64,000 nt of DNA from contig JAITEG010000194.1 in the NCBI GenBank assembly GCA_031282145.1, positions 1,373 to 65,372 on the forward strand, read 5' to 3'. Positions 39,684 to 49,016 of this stretch are shown here, in pieces (within the stretch, counting starts at the first letter, position 1; each line of letters starts with the position of its first letter). Position numbers and translations under genes: made by a program. The DNA is from Spirochaetaceae bacterium (lineage in GTDB: Bacteria > Spirochaetota > Spirochaetia > Treponematales > Breznakiellaceae). The notes beneath the pieces are model-generated. The model saw only the letters and a list, made by a program, of their open reading frames with translations. It was not told the origin of the DNA and did not search any database.

Positions 39684-42638
39684 TTACTGATAAACCCCAT
39701 AATAATAACCACCGCTGTCGGGCCCGCTGACGGTAGTATCGATACGCCCGCTCTGGCCGTCGTCATACATGAACTTGTCCATGTTATCCTGGATAAGCTC
39801 GGCGGAAAGGGCCCGCAGTAATTTTTCCCCAGCGCCGGGACTGTTGATAATAATATTTGCCGCCGGTGTGGCGCTCAGAGATCCGGCAATGGTAATGGTA
39901 GGTCTAAGGTTGTTATTTTTAATTAAATACACTTTGTTAGCTTCCGCCACCCGCGCCGATCCTGTCATCGTAAATGTTGCAATATTAGAATTATATGGAC
40001 TACTATCAGCATACACGCCATAGTCGTTGGTACCACTGGCGGTATTCCCCGTTATAATTCCCCCGGTCATGGTAAAAGATCCGGAAACATAGACGCCGTT
40101 GGCGCCACCAGCCGCGGTATTGGCGTCAGCATCCGGGGTTTCCCCGCCTATGGTCCCGCCGTTCATAGTGAATTGCCCCTCCACAACACATACGCCGCCG
40201 CCGGAGTCTCCTGTTAATGCGCTATTTCCCTTTATGGTTCCGTCATTCATAATAAAGACAGTGCTGTTTAACACCCCCCCCCCGGAATAATTCCCCGCCG
40301 TATTTTTCTGTATGTTCCCGCCGTTCATAGTGAAGGTTCCCCTGTTTGATACACCGCCACCGGAGCCTTGCGCCAGCGTCGTATTTTTCTGTATGTTCCC
40401 GTCGTACATAGTGAAGGTCCCATTGTTTGATACGCCGCCGGCGGAATTGGTCGCCGGCGCCATATTTTTCTGTATGGTCCCGTTGTACATAGTAAAGGCC
40501 CCATGTTCGTTCACGTACACCCCGGCGCCGCTCCAGGGGTCAATTACCGTATTGGATTGTATGGTCCCTTCATACATATCGAATGACCCATCATGGACAA
40601 ACACCCCCCCTCCGCTGTACTGGGCGCCGGAAATGGTATTACCGTCAACGGAGTTTTCCCCGCCTATGGTCCCGCCGTTCATGGTGAATTTCCCTTTATT
40701 ATCAATAAGCACTCCGCCCCCCTTAAAGGAGATACCGGAAAAACCGGTAACTGTGGTGACGCTCATTTTTTCGATTACCGCCCCCTCGTTCATAACAAGT
40801 TCCCCGCCGTTGACCCATACTCCGCCAACTTCCCCGGTCGTTTGATTTCCGGTAAACATCATCCCTTCGTCCAGAATGAGCCTTCCCCGGGAACGCACCT
40901 CCACGAGGGGGGCAATATTGGCGGTATACCCCTCCAGGGTGATATTCTTCAAAGTCAGGGTAACCCCATTCCCTACCGTAAAAAATGAACCCGGGGACGT
41001 AAGTCGCAGAACCCGGCCCTTACCGTCTATCGTAACATTCCCGGGACTGTTAAGATCCGCCACAAAAATAACGCCGCTGGGCACAACCACCTCCGGGCCT
41101 CCCCCGGCCAGCTCTATGGTCACCGAACCCCCATCGCCGCTCCGCTCCGTCATCACCTTGAGGGCGCTCCCCTCCGCCCCATAGGGCCCAAAGGTAAGCG
41201 CGCTGTAGACCGGGACGACAATTGGGGGGAAGTTTATCGTTACCGTGCCGCTCCCCGCCGGGTTAGTAACCGCGCCGGAGGCGTCCCCATGGCTAAACGC
41301 GTTTTGCCTTAGCCCGGTAAAGGTATAGCCCGGAGCGGCGCTCAAGGTAACCACCGCCGTATACTCCATGCCCGGTTGAAAGGGACCGACTAAAGCCGCG
41401 TGGCTGACGGCGTGCTTCCAACTCACCGTTCCCGTGTACTGGCTTCCGGCAAAAGACTTTACCCCGGTCCCGTTGGACACCGGTTTGGGGATACGCCCCG
41501 TCAGGATGGTGTCGTATACCACCGTAAGGACGCCCGCGCTTTCGGTCGCGGAAAAGTCCAGGCGTACCGTACCGCTGTCCGCCGGGTTACTTACGGCTTG
41601 CGCCCCATTATGGACAAAAGCGTCCTGCCCCACTCCGGTAAAGGCATACCCCAAGGCGGGGCTCAGGGCCGCTTCCGCCGTATATTCCACCCCCGGCTGA
41701 AAGGGACCCGCCAGCACAACCTGGGTTCCGGCGTCTTTCCAAACCACGGTCCCCGTGTACTGACTCCCGGCAAAGGATAATACCGGGACCGTCCCGCTTA
41801 TGGGCTTTGGCAGATAGGGGGTCAGGTTGAGGTCGTCTATTACCGCGGGCGCCGCGGCCGGCATATAGGTAACGGCGCTGAGATTCCTCACCTTGGGGTC
41901 AGCGTCGGCGCCGGGCTGGGTGGTTACCGTTCCCAGGGGATACGCAAAGTTCCTTGTGCCGATAAAACGGTAGTCGGAATTCGCCGCCAGGCTTATCGTC
42001 GCCCGGTACACGGCCCCCGCCTCAAAGGTATAGGTGCCCGCTCCCGGTATGGGAACATAATTTTCGGAAGCGGGCGGTTGTTCCACTTCCCAGGCTACCC
42101 CCACCGTCACATCCCCCCGGTTGGCGATAGTTGGCTTTTCCCCGGTCATGGGGATGGGAACATAACTTTGCAGGTTGTAGTCGGTGATAAAAGTGATGTC
42201 CGCGTCGTCGGAGTTATTATAGGTTACCGTTACGATCCGGGTGGGCTCCCCCAGGTCATCGTGCTGGGTTGTTATCTTGCCCAAAGGATACGTAAAGGGG
42301 GTGGAAGGGTTAAAACCATAGCCCTCTTTGGGTGTCAGCCTTATTTCCGCCTTGTACACCGTATTGGCCGCGAAAACTGTAAGACCGCTTATCTCGCTAC
42401 CGCTCTGGTCCTTCCATACCGCCCTTAGATCCAGGTCCTCCCGGTGGTTAATCAGGGTTACCGGTTTCTCCCCGGTCCTGGGGATGGGAACATAGGTTTG
42501 CAGGTTATAATCGGTAAGGTAGATAATACCGGTGTTTCCGTCCCGGGTCATCAGCAGGTCGTCTCCCACGGGAAGGGCGCATCCGGCGATCAATACCGCC
42601 GCGCCCCCCAAAACCACTAAAGCCTTAAAAACTTTCAT
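39684..42638 (-). CDS. Large lipoprotein, paralogue 2
   Basis: Lipobox LIAGC; same architecture; the ATG at 42638 has a GGAG SD inside the end of the upstream gene. Confidence 0.88.
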   Translation of the reverse strand: MKVFKALVVLGGAAVLIAGCALPVGDDLLMTRDGNTGIIYLTDYNLQTYVPIPRTGEKPVTLINHREDLDLRAVWKDQSGSEISGLTVFAANTVYKAEIRLTPKEGYGFNPSTPFTYPLGKITTQHDDLGEPTRIVTVTYNNSDDADITFITDYNLQSYVPIPMTGEKPTIANRGDVTVGVAWEVEQPPASENYVPIPGAGTYTFEAGAVYRATISLAANSDYRFIGTRNFAYPLGTVTTQPGADADPKVRNLSAVTYMPAAAPAVIDDLNLTPYLPKPISGTVPVLSFAGSQYTGTVVWKDAGTQVVLAGPFQPGVEYTAEAALSPALGYAFTGVGQDAFVHNGAQAVSNPADSGTVRLDFSATESAGVLTVVYDTILTGRIPKPVSNGTGVKSFAGSQYTGTVSWKHAVSHAALVGPFQPGMEYTAVVTLSAAPGYTFTGLRQNAFSHGDASGAVTNPAGSGTVTINFPPIVVPVYSALTFGPYGAEGSALKVMTERSGDGGSVTIELAGGGPEVVVPSGVIFVADLNSPGNVTIDGKGRVLRLTSPGSFFTVGNGVTLTLKNITLEGYTANIAPLVEVRSRGRLILDEGMMFTGNQTTGEVGGVWVNGGELVMNEGAVIEKMSVTTVTGFSGISFKGGGVLIDNKGKFTMNGGTIGGENSVDGNTISGAQYSGGGVFVHDGSFDMYEGTIQSNTVIDPWSGAGVYVNEHGAFTMYNGTIQKNMAPATNSAGGVSNNGTFTMYDGNIQKNTTLAQGSGGGVSNRGTFTMNGGNIQKNTAGNYSGGGVLNSTVFIMNDGTIKGNSALTGDSGGGVCVVEGQFTMNGGTIGGETPDADANTAAGGANGVYVSGSFTMTGGIITGNTASGTNDYGVYADSSPYNSNIATFTMTGSARVAEANKVYLIKNNNLRPTITIAGSLSATPAANIIINSPGAGEKLLRALSAELIQDNMDKFMYDDGQSGRIDTTVSGPDSGGYYYGVYQ

Positions 42639-42640
42639 CC

Positions 42641-45526
42641 TTAATACTCCTGATAGAGCCCAAACCAACAGATCGTTCTGCTGTAAGAATCCATATGAAC
42701 TGACGCCACAGGATTAATATGACTACCGTTGCCATTATAAAGAAACTTATCGTAATTTGCCGTGATAAGTTCGGAAGAACTTGCCCTCAGTAACCTGGTC
42801 GCAGAGTCGGGGGTACTTTGGCGGATGATATTTGCCGCCGTTGAAGCGGTCAGGGTTTCGCCAATAGTAATCGTCGCGTGGGAAGATAAAAATACCGGGT
42901 TGTTTTCATGCACCTGCGCCGCCCCTCTCATCAAGAAGGAGTCATAGCTGGTGGGATAAAAAGACTCGGGGACGCTGATATATCTTTCGTCGGAAGCATG
43001 GACATACACGCCGTACCCAGTATTCCCCATTATGGTTCCCCCAGACAAGATAAAGTCCGCGTCAATGGCATACACCCCGCCGCCGCCGGCGGCTGCTTCA
43101 TTGGCGTCCGCTGAATTGCCCCCCCCTATGGTCCCGCTGTACATATTGAAACGCCCCCGGCCGCCATAAGCAGGTGATCCGCTAAGAAACACCCCGCCGC
43201 CGGACCCAGAACCCAAACCCTTGTTACCCCTTATGGTCCCGTCGTACAGGTTGAAGGTTCCCTGGCTAAGGATACTCACCCCACCGCCACTGCCGCCGGC
43301 AAACGCCTCATTCGACTGTACGGTTCCGCCAAACATACTGAAGGCTCCGCTCACCACCAGCACCCCGCCGCCACTACCACCGGCCTCCACCCTATTAGAT
43401 TGTATGAACCCAGCATGCATATCGAAGATTCCACCATCCGCCAACAGTACTCCGCCGCCACTGTTCCCGTCCTCCGCGCTGTTGTATTGTATGGTCCCGC
43501 CAAGCATATCGAAGGTTCCATCCGCCACCAGCACCCCTCCGCCGCCATTTTCACCGGTAACCCGGTTGCCGTCAGTGATATCTTCCCCGCCCAGGATCCC
43601 TCCACCCATAGTGAATTGTCCACCGTTATCGATAAGGACTCCGCCGCCCCGTGCCGCCTTCATCCCCTTAATTACCCCGCCGTTGTACAGGACCAGTTCT
43701 CCGCCGTTGACCCATACGCCGCCCGCATCACCGGTATTTTCATTGCCCGTAAGGATCACTCCGGCCCCTAGAATCAGTTTCCCCCCCTGTACCCTCACTA
43801 GGGGGGCGTTGTTCCCGCTCATTCCCATGAGGGTAATGTTCCGCAAGGTCAGGGTAACGCCGCCCCCCACCGTGAGGAGCGTGCCCTGGTCCGAAATCTT
43901 TAAAACCCGGCCCCGGCCGTTGATGATAACCTTCGCCGGACTATTTTTCCCCGCTTCCAGGACGACGCTGCCGCCCTCAACCTCTTCTTCCTCTCCGCCG
44001 GAAAGGTCTATGGTTACACTGTTATCGGCTTTTTTTTCTTTGATTAGTTTTAAAGCACTATCCGCCTTCGTCACCGGGCCAAAGGACGTAATGGTCGCTA
44101 AGGTAGAAGAGGCGGTCGCGGGAAAGACCATCGTTATCGTACCGTTACCCGCCGGGTTGGTAATTCCTCCGGGGGCTTGCCTGTGGGTAAATTCATTTTG
44201 CCCGAGCCCGATGAAAGTATAGCCCGGACCCGCGTTCAGGGCGGCTACCGCCGTATATACTGTGCCATATTGAAAGGTACCGTAAACCGGCGGCGCCCAG
44301 GTTACGCTTCCGGTGTACTGGGTACCGGAAACGCTTAGAACCGGGGCCTCGCCGCTTACCGGTTTAGGTATGCGGCCGGTCAGATCGGTATCATACACAG
44401 TCGTGGGTCCTCCCCCTCCGCCGGTGGACAAAAAATCAATGCGTACCTCGCCGCTCGCTGCGGGACTGGTTATGGTTTTAGCCCCCGTGTGGATAAACTT
44501 GTTTTGTCCCACCCCGGTAAAGGTATGCCCCACCGCGGGGCTCAGGCTCACTTCCGCCATATATTCCGTATCCGGTTGAAAGGGCCCTACCAGAACAGCC
44601 TGGGTCCCGCTGTTTTTCCAAGTCACCCTTCCCGTATACTGGCTTCCGGCAAAGGATACTACCGGCATTATCCCTCTTATGGGTTTGGAGATATACGGGG
44701 TCAGATTGAATTCGCTTATGACCGTAGGTTTCCCGGTCTCCATATATGTAACTGTGAGTTTTCTGATCTTGACCTCATTATTATCGTCGGGTGGGATTGT
44801 TACTGTTCCATCGGGATATTTAAAGTTACTCCCCTCAATAAAACCGTAACCCTCGTTTGCCGTCAGCGTTATTTCCGCCTGGTATACTTTCCCTTCCTCA
44901 AAGGTATAATTCACCCCAGATATGGAGACAAATCTGGAAGGATTTGGAGGATCTTCCTCTTCCACTTTCCAGGCCACTGCTACCGTCACATCTGCCCGAC
45001 CGGGGAGGGTATCCGTCGGCGTTTCCCCGGCCAGGGGGATGGGCACATAACTTTGCAGGTTGTAGTTGGTGATAAAGGTAATGTCCGCATCATTGGAGTT
45101 GTTATAGGCAACCGTCACTGTCCGGACAGGCTGCCCCAGATCGTCGGAGTGGCCCCTGGTCTTGCCCTCGGGATACCCAAAGGGGACGGAGGCATAAAAA
45201 TAATAGCCGGACCGGGGGCTGAGTTTTATTTCCGCCTGATACATCGTATTGGTCAGAAAGGTATCAAAGGGCGGGACTATTTCCGTCCCGGCGGCGTCCT
45301 TCCATACCACGGTTACCTCCAGGTCCCCCCGGTTGTCGACGAGGATTACTGGTTTCTCCCCGGTTTTGGGGATAGGAACATAGGTTTGCAGGTTGTAGTC
45401 GGTAATATAGGTAGTCCCAGCGCTGCCGTCCCGGTTTACCAGGTAATCCTCCCCGAGGGGGAGGGCACATCCCGCCATCAACAGCCCCGCAAAGCAACCG
45501 GCCAGTAAAACCGTATATATTTTCAT
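42641..45526 (-). CDS. Large lipoprotein, paralogue 1
   Basis: Lipobox LMAGC; same architecture; AAGGAG SD. Confidence 0.88.
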   Translation of the reverse strand: MKIYTVLLAGCFAGLLMAGCALPLGEDYLVNRDGSAGTTYITDYNLQTYVPIPKTGEKPVILVDNRGDLEVTVVWKDAAGTEIVPPFDTFLTNTMYQAEIKLSPRSGYYFYASVPFGYPEGKTRGHSDDLGQPVRTVTVAYNNSNDADITFITNYNLQSYVPIPLAGETPTDTLPGRADVTVAVAWKVEEEDPPNPSRFVSISGVNYTFEEGKVYQAEITLTANEGYGFIEGSNFKYPDGTVTIPPDDNNEVKIRKLTVTYMETGKPTVISEFNLTPYISKPIRGIMPVVSFAGSQYTGRVTWKNSGTQAVLVGPFQPDTEYMAEVSLSPAVGHTFTGVGQNKFIHTGAKTITSPAASGEVRIDFLSTGGGGGPTTVYDTDLTGRIPKPVSGEAPVLSVSGTQYTGSVTWAPPVYGTFQYGTVYTAVAALNAGPGYTFIGLGQNEFTHRQAPGGITNPAGNGTITMVFPATASSTLATITSFGPVTKADSALKLIKEKKADNSVTIDLSGGEEEEVEGGSVVLEAGKNSPAKVIINGRGRVLKISDQGTLLTVGGGVTLTLRNITLMGMSGNNAPLVRVQGGKLILGAGVILTGNENTGDAGGVWVNGGELVLYNGGVIKGMKAARGGGVLIDNGGQFTMGGGILGGEDITDGNRVTGENGGGGVLVADGTFDMLGGTIQYNSAEDGNSGGGVLLADGGIFDMHAGFIQSNRVEAGGSGGGVLVVSGAFSMFGGTVQSNEAFAGGSGGGVSILSQGTFNLYDGTIRGNKGLGSGSGGGVFLSGSPAYGGRGRFNMYSGTIGGGNSADANEAAAGGGGVYAIDADFILSGGTIMGNTGYGVYVHASDERYISVPESFYPTSYDSFLMRGAAQVHENNPVFLSSHATITIGETLTASTAANIIRQSTPDSATRLLRASSSELITANYDKFLYNGNGSHINPVASVHMDSYSRTICWFGLYQEY

Positions 45527-45818
45527 TTGGTCACTCCTTTTGTTTCTTGTTTTGAATTAGATTCGGGAATATCCGGAGGTCCGGATATTCCCATTGGGGA
45601 AGGTAAGCCAAGTCCGAGGCCCCTATGGTTCGTCATACCGAGAAGATGATTCTTACGCTTTATCGGTTCCATGCGCTTGCCCCGGGAATCATCCCGTACT
45701 ACCGGCGACTAATTCCACGGGTTCCCAGCCTTCCCCTCGCGGGCCCCGCCGGAATTCCTTGTTTTTTCTAGGAACAGTGTTTCAAATTTGAGTTTTTAAC
45801 TACTACAATCTCTTCTAT

Positions 45819-45847
45819 ATTTTAGTATTATTTTATCAATATGTCAA
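45819..45847 (-). promoter_or_regulatory. Sigma-70 promoter of the lipoprotein operon
   Basis: Minus-strand TTGACA-N17-TAAAAT in an AT-rich patch. Confidence 0.7.
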
Positions 45848-46031
45848 TAAAAGGAATTCAAAAGGACAATTTATCCATAATCACATTCACTTTTATCGGT
45901 TGGTTTTGGAACAGGCTTTAATTTTAAGAATTTTTACCCCAAACTCTCCCGAGCAAACCCGAACCGGTCCGCGCCCCGTGAGTTTTACCGCTCCACAAGG
46001 CCGTTTGTTCCCCTTCCAACACGGAGAACTC

Positions 46032-46129
46032 CCGTCTTCACCCCCCGGATGGAAGCCGCTGAACGGGAAGCCCTGCTCGCGGGCTGGCATAAGGCCGTGG
46101 ACCGCAGCCGCGCCTGGGCCCACCCGTAG
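46032..46129 (+). repeat. 98-bp direct repeat, copy 2 (orphan glpK 3' fragment)
   Basis: Identical to 36223-36320; encodes the last ~31 codons and the stop of GlpK. Confidence 0.95.
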
Positions 46130-46213
46130 AGAGGCTAAGACTCCCCTAGGGGGTGGAAGAGATTTTCTACCCCCACAGGAGGCGCGGCAGTCGTACCCAG
46201 CCAGGGAAAGGAC

Positions 46214-47098
46214 CTAGGCCCCCCGGCGTTTGCTTACCAGGGTCGAGATGAGTACCGCCGTCACAATGATGCCTCCCCCCATGAGGGCGGAGAGGGAAGG
46301 TTTTTCCCCGGTCACGAGGAGTACCCATACGGGGTTGAGGATAGGTTCGGCCATGGCGGTGAGCATGGCCTGTACCGCGGGGATCCGTTTTATCCCAAAC
46401 CCGAAAAGCAGGGAAGCGCAGCCGATTTGGATGATCCCCATAAAAAGGATGGAGAAGGTACTTTGAACCGTAAAGGTGGGGGGGAAAATCAGCAGGAAAG
46501 GCAGACAGCAGAGGGAGGTGATGATATGGGCGCAAAGCATGCTGTCCGAAGGGTTTCCCTCTTTTTGCATCCGCATACAGACCGAATTGATCCCAAAGAA
46601 GATCCCCGCGAGGAGCGCGATACCGTCCCCTAAAAGGGAGCCCCCCGCAAGGCCGTCCCTAAAAAACAAATAAAGTCCTCCCATGACCAAGGCCAGGGCA
46701 AGCCAATGTTCCCAATGGGGCCTTTCCTTTATCAAAACCCATCCCAAAAGGGCCGCCCAAACCGGCGCGCTATATTCCAATAAGATCGCGTTGGCCGAAG
46801 AAGTAAGCTTATTGGCAATCACAAAACATATCATGGTCAGGGCATAAGCCAGGCCCCCGGCTATTAGGGGGAAGGGCTGCCTTTTTCCTTTTCCTCTCCG
46901 GGGAAAAAGAAACCGGATGGTCAGCATAAAAAGGGCGGCCACAAAACTCCGCAGTCCCGCGATAATAAGGGGGTGCCAGTCTATCAGTTTGATAAACAAA
47001 CCGCTGGTACTCCAAAACAACGCGCATAATAAAACCGCCCCCTCCCCCGCGTGGGAAGAGGGCCGGTGGTTAACCGGAGATAAACCGTTTGGTTTCAT
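46214..47098 (-). CDS. DMT/EamA-family transporter
   Basis: About 10 TM helices in two repeats; LFWSTSG, A..L.YSAPVW and EPILNPVWV..GE.P motifs. Confidence 0.92.
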   Translation of the reverse strand: MKPNGLSPVNHRPSSHAGEGAVLLCALFWSTSGLFIKLIDWHPLIIAGLRSFVAALFMLTIRFLFPRRGKGKRQPFPLIAGGLAYALTMICFVIANKLTSSANAILLEYSAPVWAALLGWVLIKERPHWEHWLALALVMGGLYLFFRDGLAGGSLLGDGIALLAGIFFGINSVCMRMQKEGNPSDSMLCAHIITSLCCLPFLLIFPPTFTVQSTFSILFMGIIQIGCASLLFGFGIKRIPAVQAMLTAMAEPILNPVWVLLVTGEKPSLSALMGGGIIVTAVLISTLVSKRRGA

Positions 47099-47174
47099 AC
47101 CGGATCATGGTATAGGGAATGAGGGGGCTGTGCAATGGTCAGGATTCTGCCCGGGACATTGGCCGATTTGGTTT

Positions 47175-47201
47175 TAAGGGACCGGCATTTTTTGCCGATA
47201 T
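47175..47201 (+). promoter_or_regulatory. Sigma-28 (FliA) promoter of the flagellar rod operon
   Basis: TAAG-N15-GCCGATAT, against the consensus TAAA-N15-GCCGATAA, upstream of flagellar genes. Confidence 0.8.
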
Positions 47202-47277
47202 TTAGCTAAGAGCCGGGGTACTAAACAAAAGTTCAGAATCCCGGTTTAGGACGAGGGTTCAAAACGGAGGCAGTAGG

Positions 47278-48129
47278 GTGATTAGAGGATGGTATACCGG
47301 CGCCAGCGGCATGAGGGCCCAGCAGTGGCGGCTGGACGCGGTGGCGAATAACCTCGCGAATGTGGATGTGGACGGATATAAACGGGACGTGACCTCGTTT
47401 AAGGCCTTTCCGGAACTTCTCATGCGGCGGATGAGCGATGACGGGGTATACCGCCATCCCTTTGGTTCCGCCGATGCCGCGCCGATAATCGGCAAACTGG
47501 GAACCGGGGTGGAGGTGAACGAATTGTTTACCGATTTTCAGCAGGGGTCTATGAAAGAAACCCAAAGTGATTTTGACTTGGCCATGGACGGGAAGGGTTT
47601 TTTTACCGTCGCAACCCCCTGGGGGGAACGGTACACCCGGAACGGTTCTTTTCAACTGGGAAAGGAAGGATACTTGGAAACCAAAGAGGGCTACCCCGTT
47701 TTGGGAGAACAGGGCCCCATTAAAGTAAAGGCCAATAATTTTCAGGTTGATAAGGACGGCCAGGTGTGGATCAACGCGGAGTACGCCGATGATCCCAGCC
47801 TGATGATATCCCGGGAGGACAATACCTGGGGAGAGGCGGTTCTGCTGGATACCCTGAAATTGGTGGATTTCGATCTGGAAAGGTACCTGGAAAAACAGGG
47901 TTCCAGCCTCTATCGTTCCACCACTACTTCCGGGGAGGCCCGGATCATGGAAGGGGGGAATCGTCCCCGGGTGGTCCAGGGTTTTGTGGAGGCTTCCAAC
48001 GTGGACCCGGTGGTTGAGATGGTCCAAATGATAGAAGTAAACCGGGCTTATGAGGCTAATCAAAAGGCCGTACAAACCGGCGACTCCATGCTGGGGACCT
48101 TGATCAATCAAGTCGCCCGGTTTGGTTAA
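47278..48129 (+). CDS. flgF: Flagellar basal-body rod protein (FlgF/FlgG-like)
   Basis: ANNLANVDVDGYK, YTRNGSF and EASNVDPVVEMV motifs; precedes flgG. Confidence 0.85.
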   Translation: MIRGWYTGASGMRAQQWRLDAVANNLANVDVDGYKRDVTSFKAFPELLMRRMSDDGVYRHPFGSADAAPIIGKLGTGVEVNELFTDFQQGSMKETQSDFDLAMDGKGFFTVATPWGERYTRNGSFQLGKEGYLETKEGYPVLGEQGPIKVKANNFQVDKDGQVWINAEYADDPSLMISREDNTWGEAVLLDTLKLVDFDLERYLEKQGSSLYRSTTTSGEARIMEGGNRPRVVQGFVEASNVDPVVEMVQMIEVNRAYEANQKAVQTGDSMLGTLINQVARFG

Positions 48130-48190
48130 AAAGATGAAGAGCAGCGGTATCTTTGAAATGAACTTTAGGGATTTAAGCTGAGGAGCTATT

Positions 48191-49000
48191 ATGGTACGGA
48201 GTTTATGGACCGGCGCGTCCGGTATGATAGGCCAGCAGGCCAATATTGATACGATTTCCAATAACTTGGCGAATGTAAATACCGCGGGTTATAAGAAGAT
48301 GCGGGCGGATTTTGAGGACCTGCTCTATCAGACCGTTAAAACCGCGGGAACCCCCGCCACGGAGGATACGGTGGTTCCGGTGGGGATCCAGATGGGTCAT
48401 GGGGTCAAACTGGCCGATACCCAGCGGATGTTCAGTCAGGGGGCCCCCCAGAGTACGGAAAACGTTACCGATATGGCCCTGGTGGGGGACGGTTTTTTTC
48501 GGATCCAGATGTACGACGGAAGCTGGGCCTACACTCGGAATGGGGCCTTTGAGGTGGATTCCGACGGCCGGATGGTTACCTCCAACGGGTACTGGCTGCT
48601 TCCGGACATCATCATGCCCGAGCGCTTCCTTCCCCAGACCATCAACGTTACCCAAGACGGCCGGGTATCGGTTAAGGTGCCGGGGTATGACGACAACGCC
48701 GACCCCGTGGAAGTCGAGGTAGGGCAGATTGAACTCTACCGTTTTCCCAACCCCGTGGGCCTTACGGCGGTGGGGGAAAACCTTTTTAAAATCACCGAAG
48801 CCTCGGGGGATCCCATCCCCGGACGGCCCGGATATAACGGCATGGCGAAGATCTACCACAAGTTCCTGGAGATGTCCAATGTGTCGGTGGTTCGGGAGAT
48901 GGTGGACCTCATCGTGGCCCAGCGGGCCTATGAGTTTAATTCCCGGACTATCCAGACCAGCGATAATATGCTCGGCACCGCCACGAGCCTCAAAAGGTAA
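48191..49000 (+). CDS. flgG: Flagellar basal-body rod protein FlgG
   Basis: SNNLANVNTAGYKK, FEDLLYQ and LEMSNVSVVREMV..I.AQRAYE motifs. Confidence 0.96.
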   Translation: MVRSLWTGASGMIGQQANIDTISNNLANVNTAGYKKMRADFEDLLYQTVKTAGTPATEDTVVPVGIQMGHGVKLADTQRMFSQGAPQSTENVTDMALVGDGFFRIQMYDGSWAYTRNGAFEVDSDGRMVTSNGYWLLPDIIMPERFLPQTINVTQDGRVSVKVPGYDDNADPVEVEVGQIELYRFPNPVGLTAVGENLFKITEASGDPIPGRPGYNGMAKIYHKFLEMSNVSVVREMVDLIVAQRAYEFNSRTIQTSDNMLGTATSLKR

Positions 49001-49016
49001 GGGGGAAGGGCAATAG

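Larger units (their letters stand above)
36223..46129. mobile_element. Putative genomic island inserted at the glpK 3' end (no integrase inside)
   Basis: Bounded by 98-bp perfect direct repeats that include the glpK stop codon; the cargo is on the opposite strand. Confidence 0.65.

Noticed and set aside
36373-46129. Diversity-generating retroelement or invertase shufflon acting on the lipoprotein genes
   Set aside because: No reverse transcriptase, recombinase, template/variable repeat pair with adenine-specific mismatches, or inverted cassettes; all three genes are intact and co-oriented.
45893-46217. ORFs 45900-46217(+) and 45893-46123(-) resembling 36166-36411 and 36141-36419
   Set aside because: The similarity comes only from off-frame translation of the 98-bp glpK duplication.
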